Assembly (NCBI RefSeq): GCF_009834535.1
Contig: NC_045698.1
Span: 10,914,001-10,978,000 of the forward strand
Source: Camelus ferus
Lineage: Eukaryota
Direction: 5' to 3'
Length of the DNA stretch: 64,000 nt
Shown here: one piece after another, positions 63,681 to 64,000 of the stretch
Layout: the number at the start of each line of letters is the position of its first letter
How positions within the stretch are numbered: position 1 is the stretch's first letter
Translations under genes and position numbers: made by a program
Notes under the pieces: generated by a model
What the model saw: the letters and a program-made list of their open reading frames with translations, nothing else
Told to the model about the DNA's origin: nothing
Database searches by the model: none

Positions 63681-63834
63681 TTTATCCCGTGGACTCCTCT
63701 TTGTGCTGGTGTAAGTGGCTATAAATGAATTCTCTGCTAGCACTGTGTACTTGAAACTCCTCCTAGTGCACTTGGCTCTTCATGCTCACGGTACAGCACT
63801 AGTCTGACTGCTTAATGTTTCAAATATGGTGTGA

Positions 63835-63990
63835 TGTAATAAAAAGTACATGAAAGTAAGGATCACAAAATCTGGATTTAAGAGCTTGGCCCCATGAATC
63901 TCATCAATTTTATTATCTGTCAAAACAAGAAAGAGAACATCACCACCCAAAACATGTGATTGCTGTGAGAACTGATGAGAAGAAATTCAT
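63835..63990 (+). mobile_element. MIR SINE
   Basis: aaatctggatttaagagcttggcccc...tcatcaatttttattatctgtcaaa...gattgctgtgagaactgatgaga. Confidence 0.55.
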
Positions 63991-64000
63991 CATGATACTG

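Noticed and set aside
1..64000. Novel multi-gene biological system
   Set aside because: No credible coding exons, operon-like structure or RNA genes. The window is repeat-rich non-coding DNA plus one retrocopy.

Overview
AT-rich, CpG-depleted mammalian genomic DNA, intergenic or deep-intronic, with more than half of it recognisable by eye as transposon relics. A tRNA-derived Vic-1-like SINE (12412-12593) and the young L1 3' ends point to a camelid (alpaca/llama/camel); this is recalled pattern matching, not a search. I find no intact protein-coding gene, RNA gene, CRISPR array or prokaryotic system. The supplied ORFs are chance frames, low-complexity frames or L1/Tigger remnants. The best-supported non-repeat feature is a decayed minus-strand processed pseudogene of RPP40 (RNase P/MRP subunit, about 14729-15397) inserted into an old L1. 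It appears to preserve an aberrant mRNA: exon 1, then a MIR-like cryptic exon in place of exon 2, then exons 3-4 joined directly to exons 7-8. Its 5' junction coincides with a 34-bp inverted repeat of sequence about 500 bp away. Other observations: an ancient ~550-bp direct duplication, a fold-back inversion inside an L1, two L1 3' stubs truncated at the same point, and several motif-rich candidate regulatory elements. Repeat subfamily names and boundaries are approximate and need RepeatMasker/Dfam confirmation.
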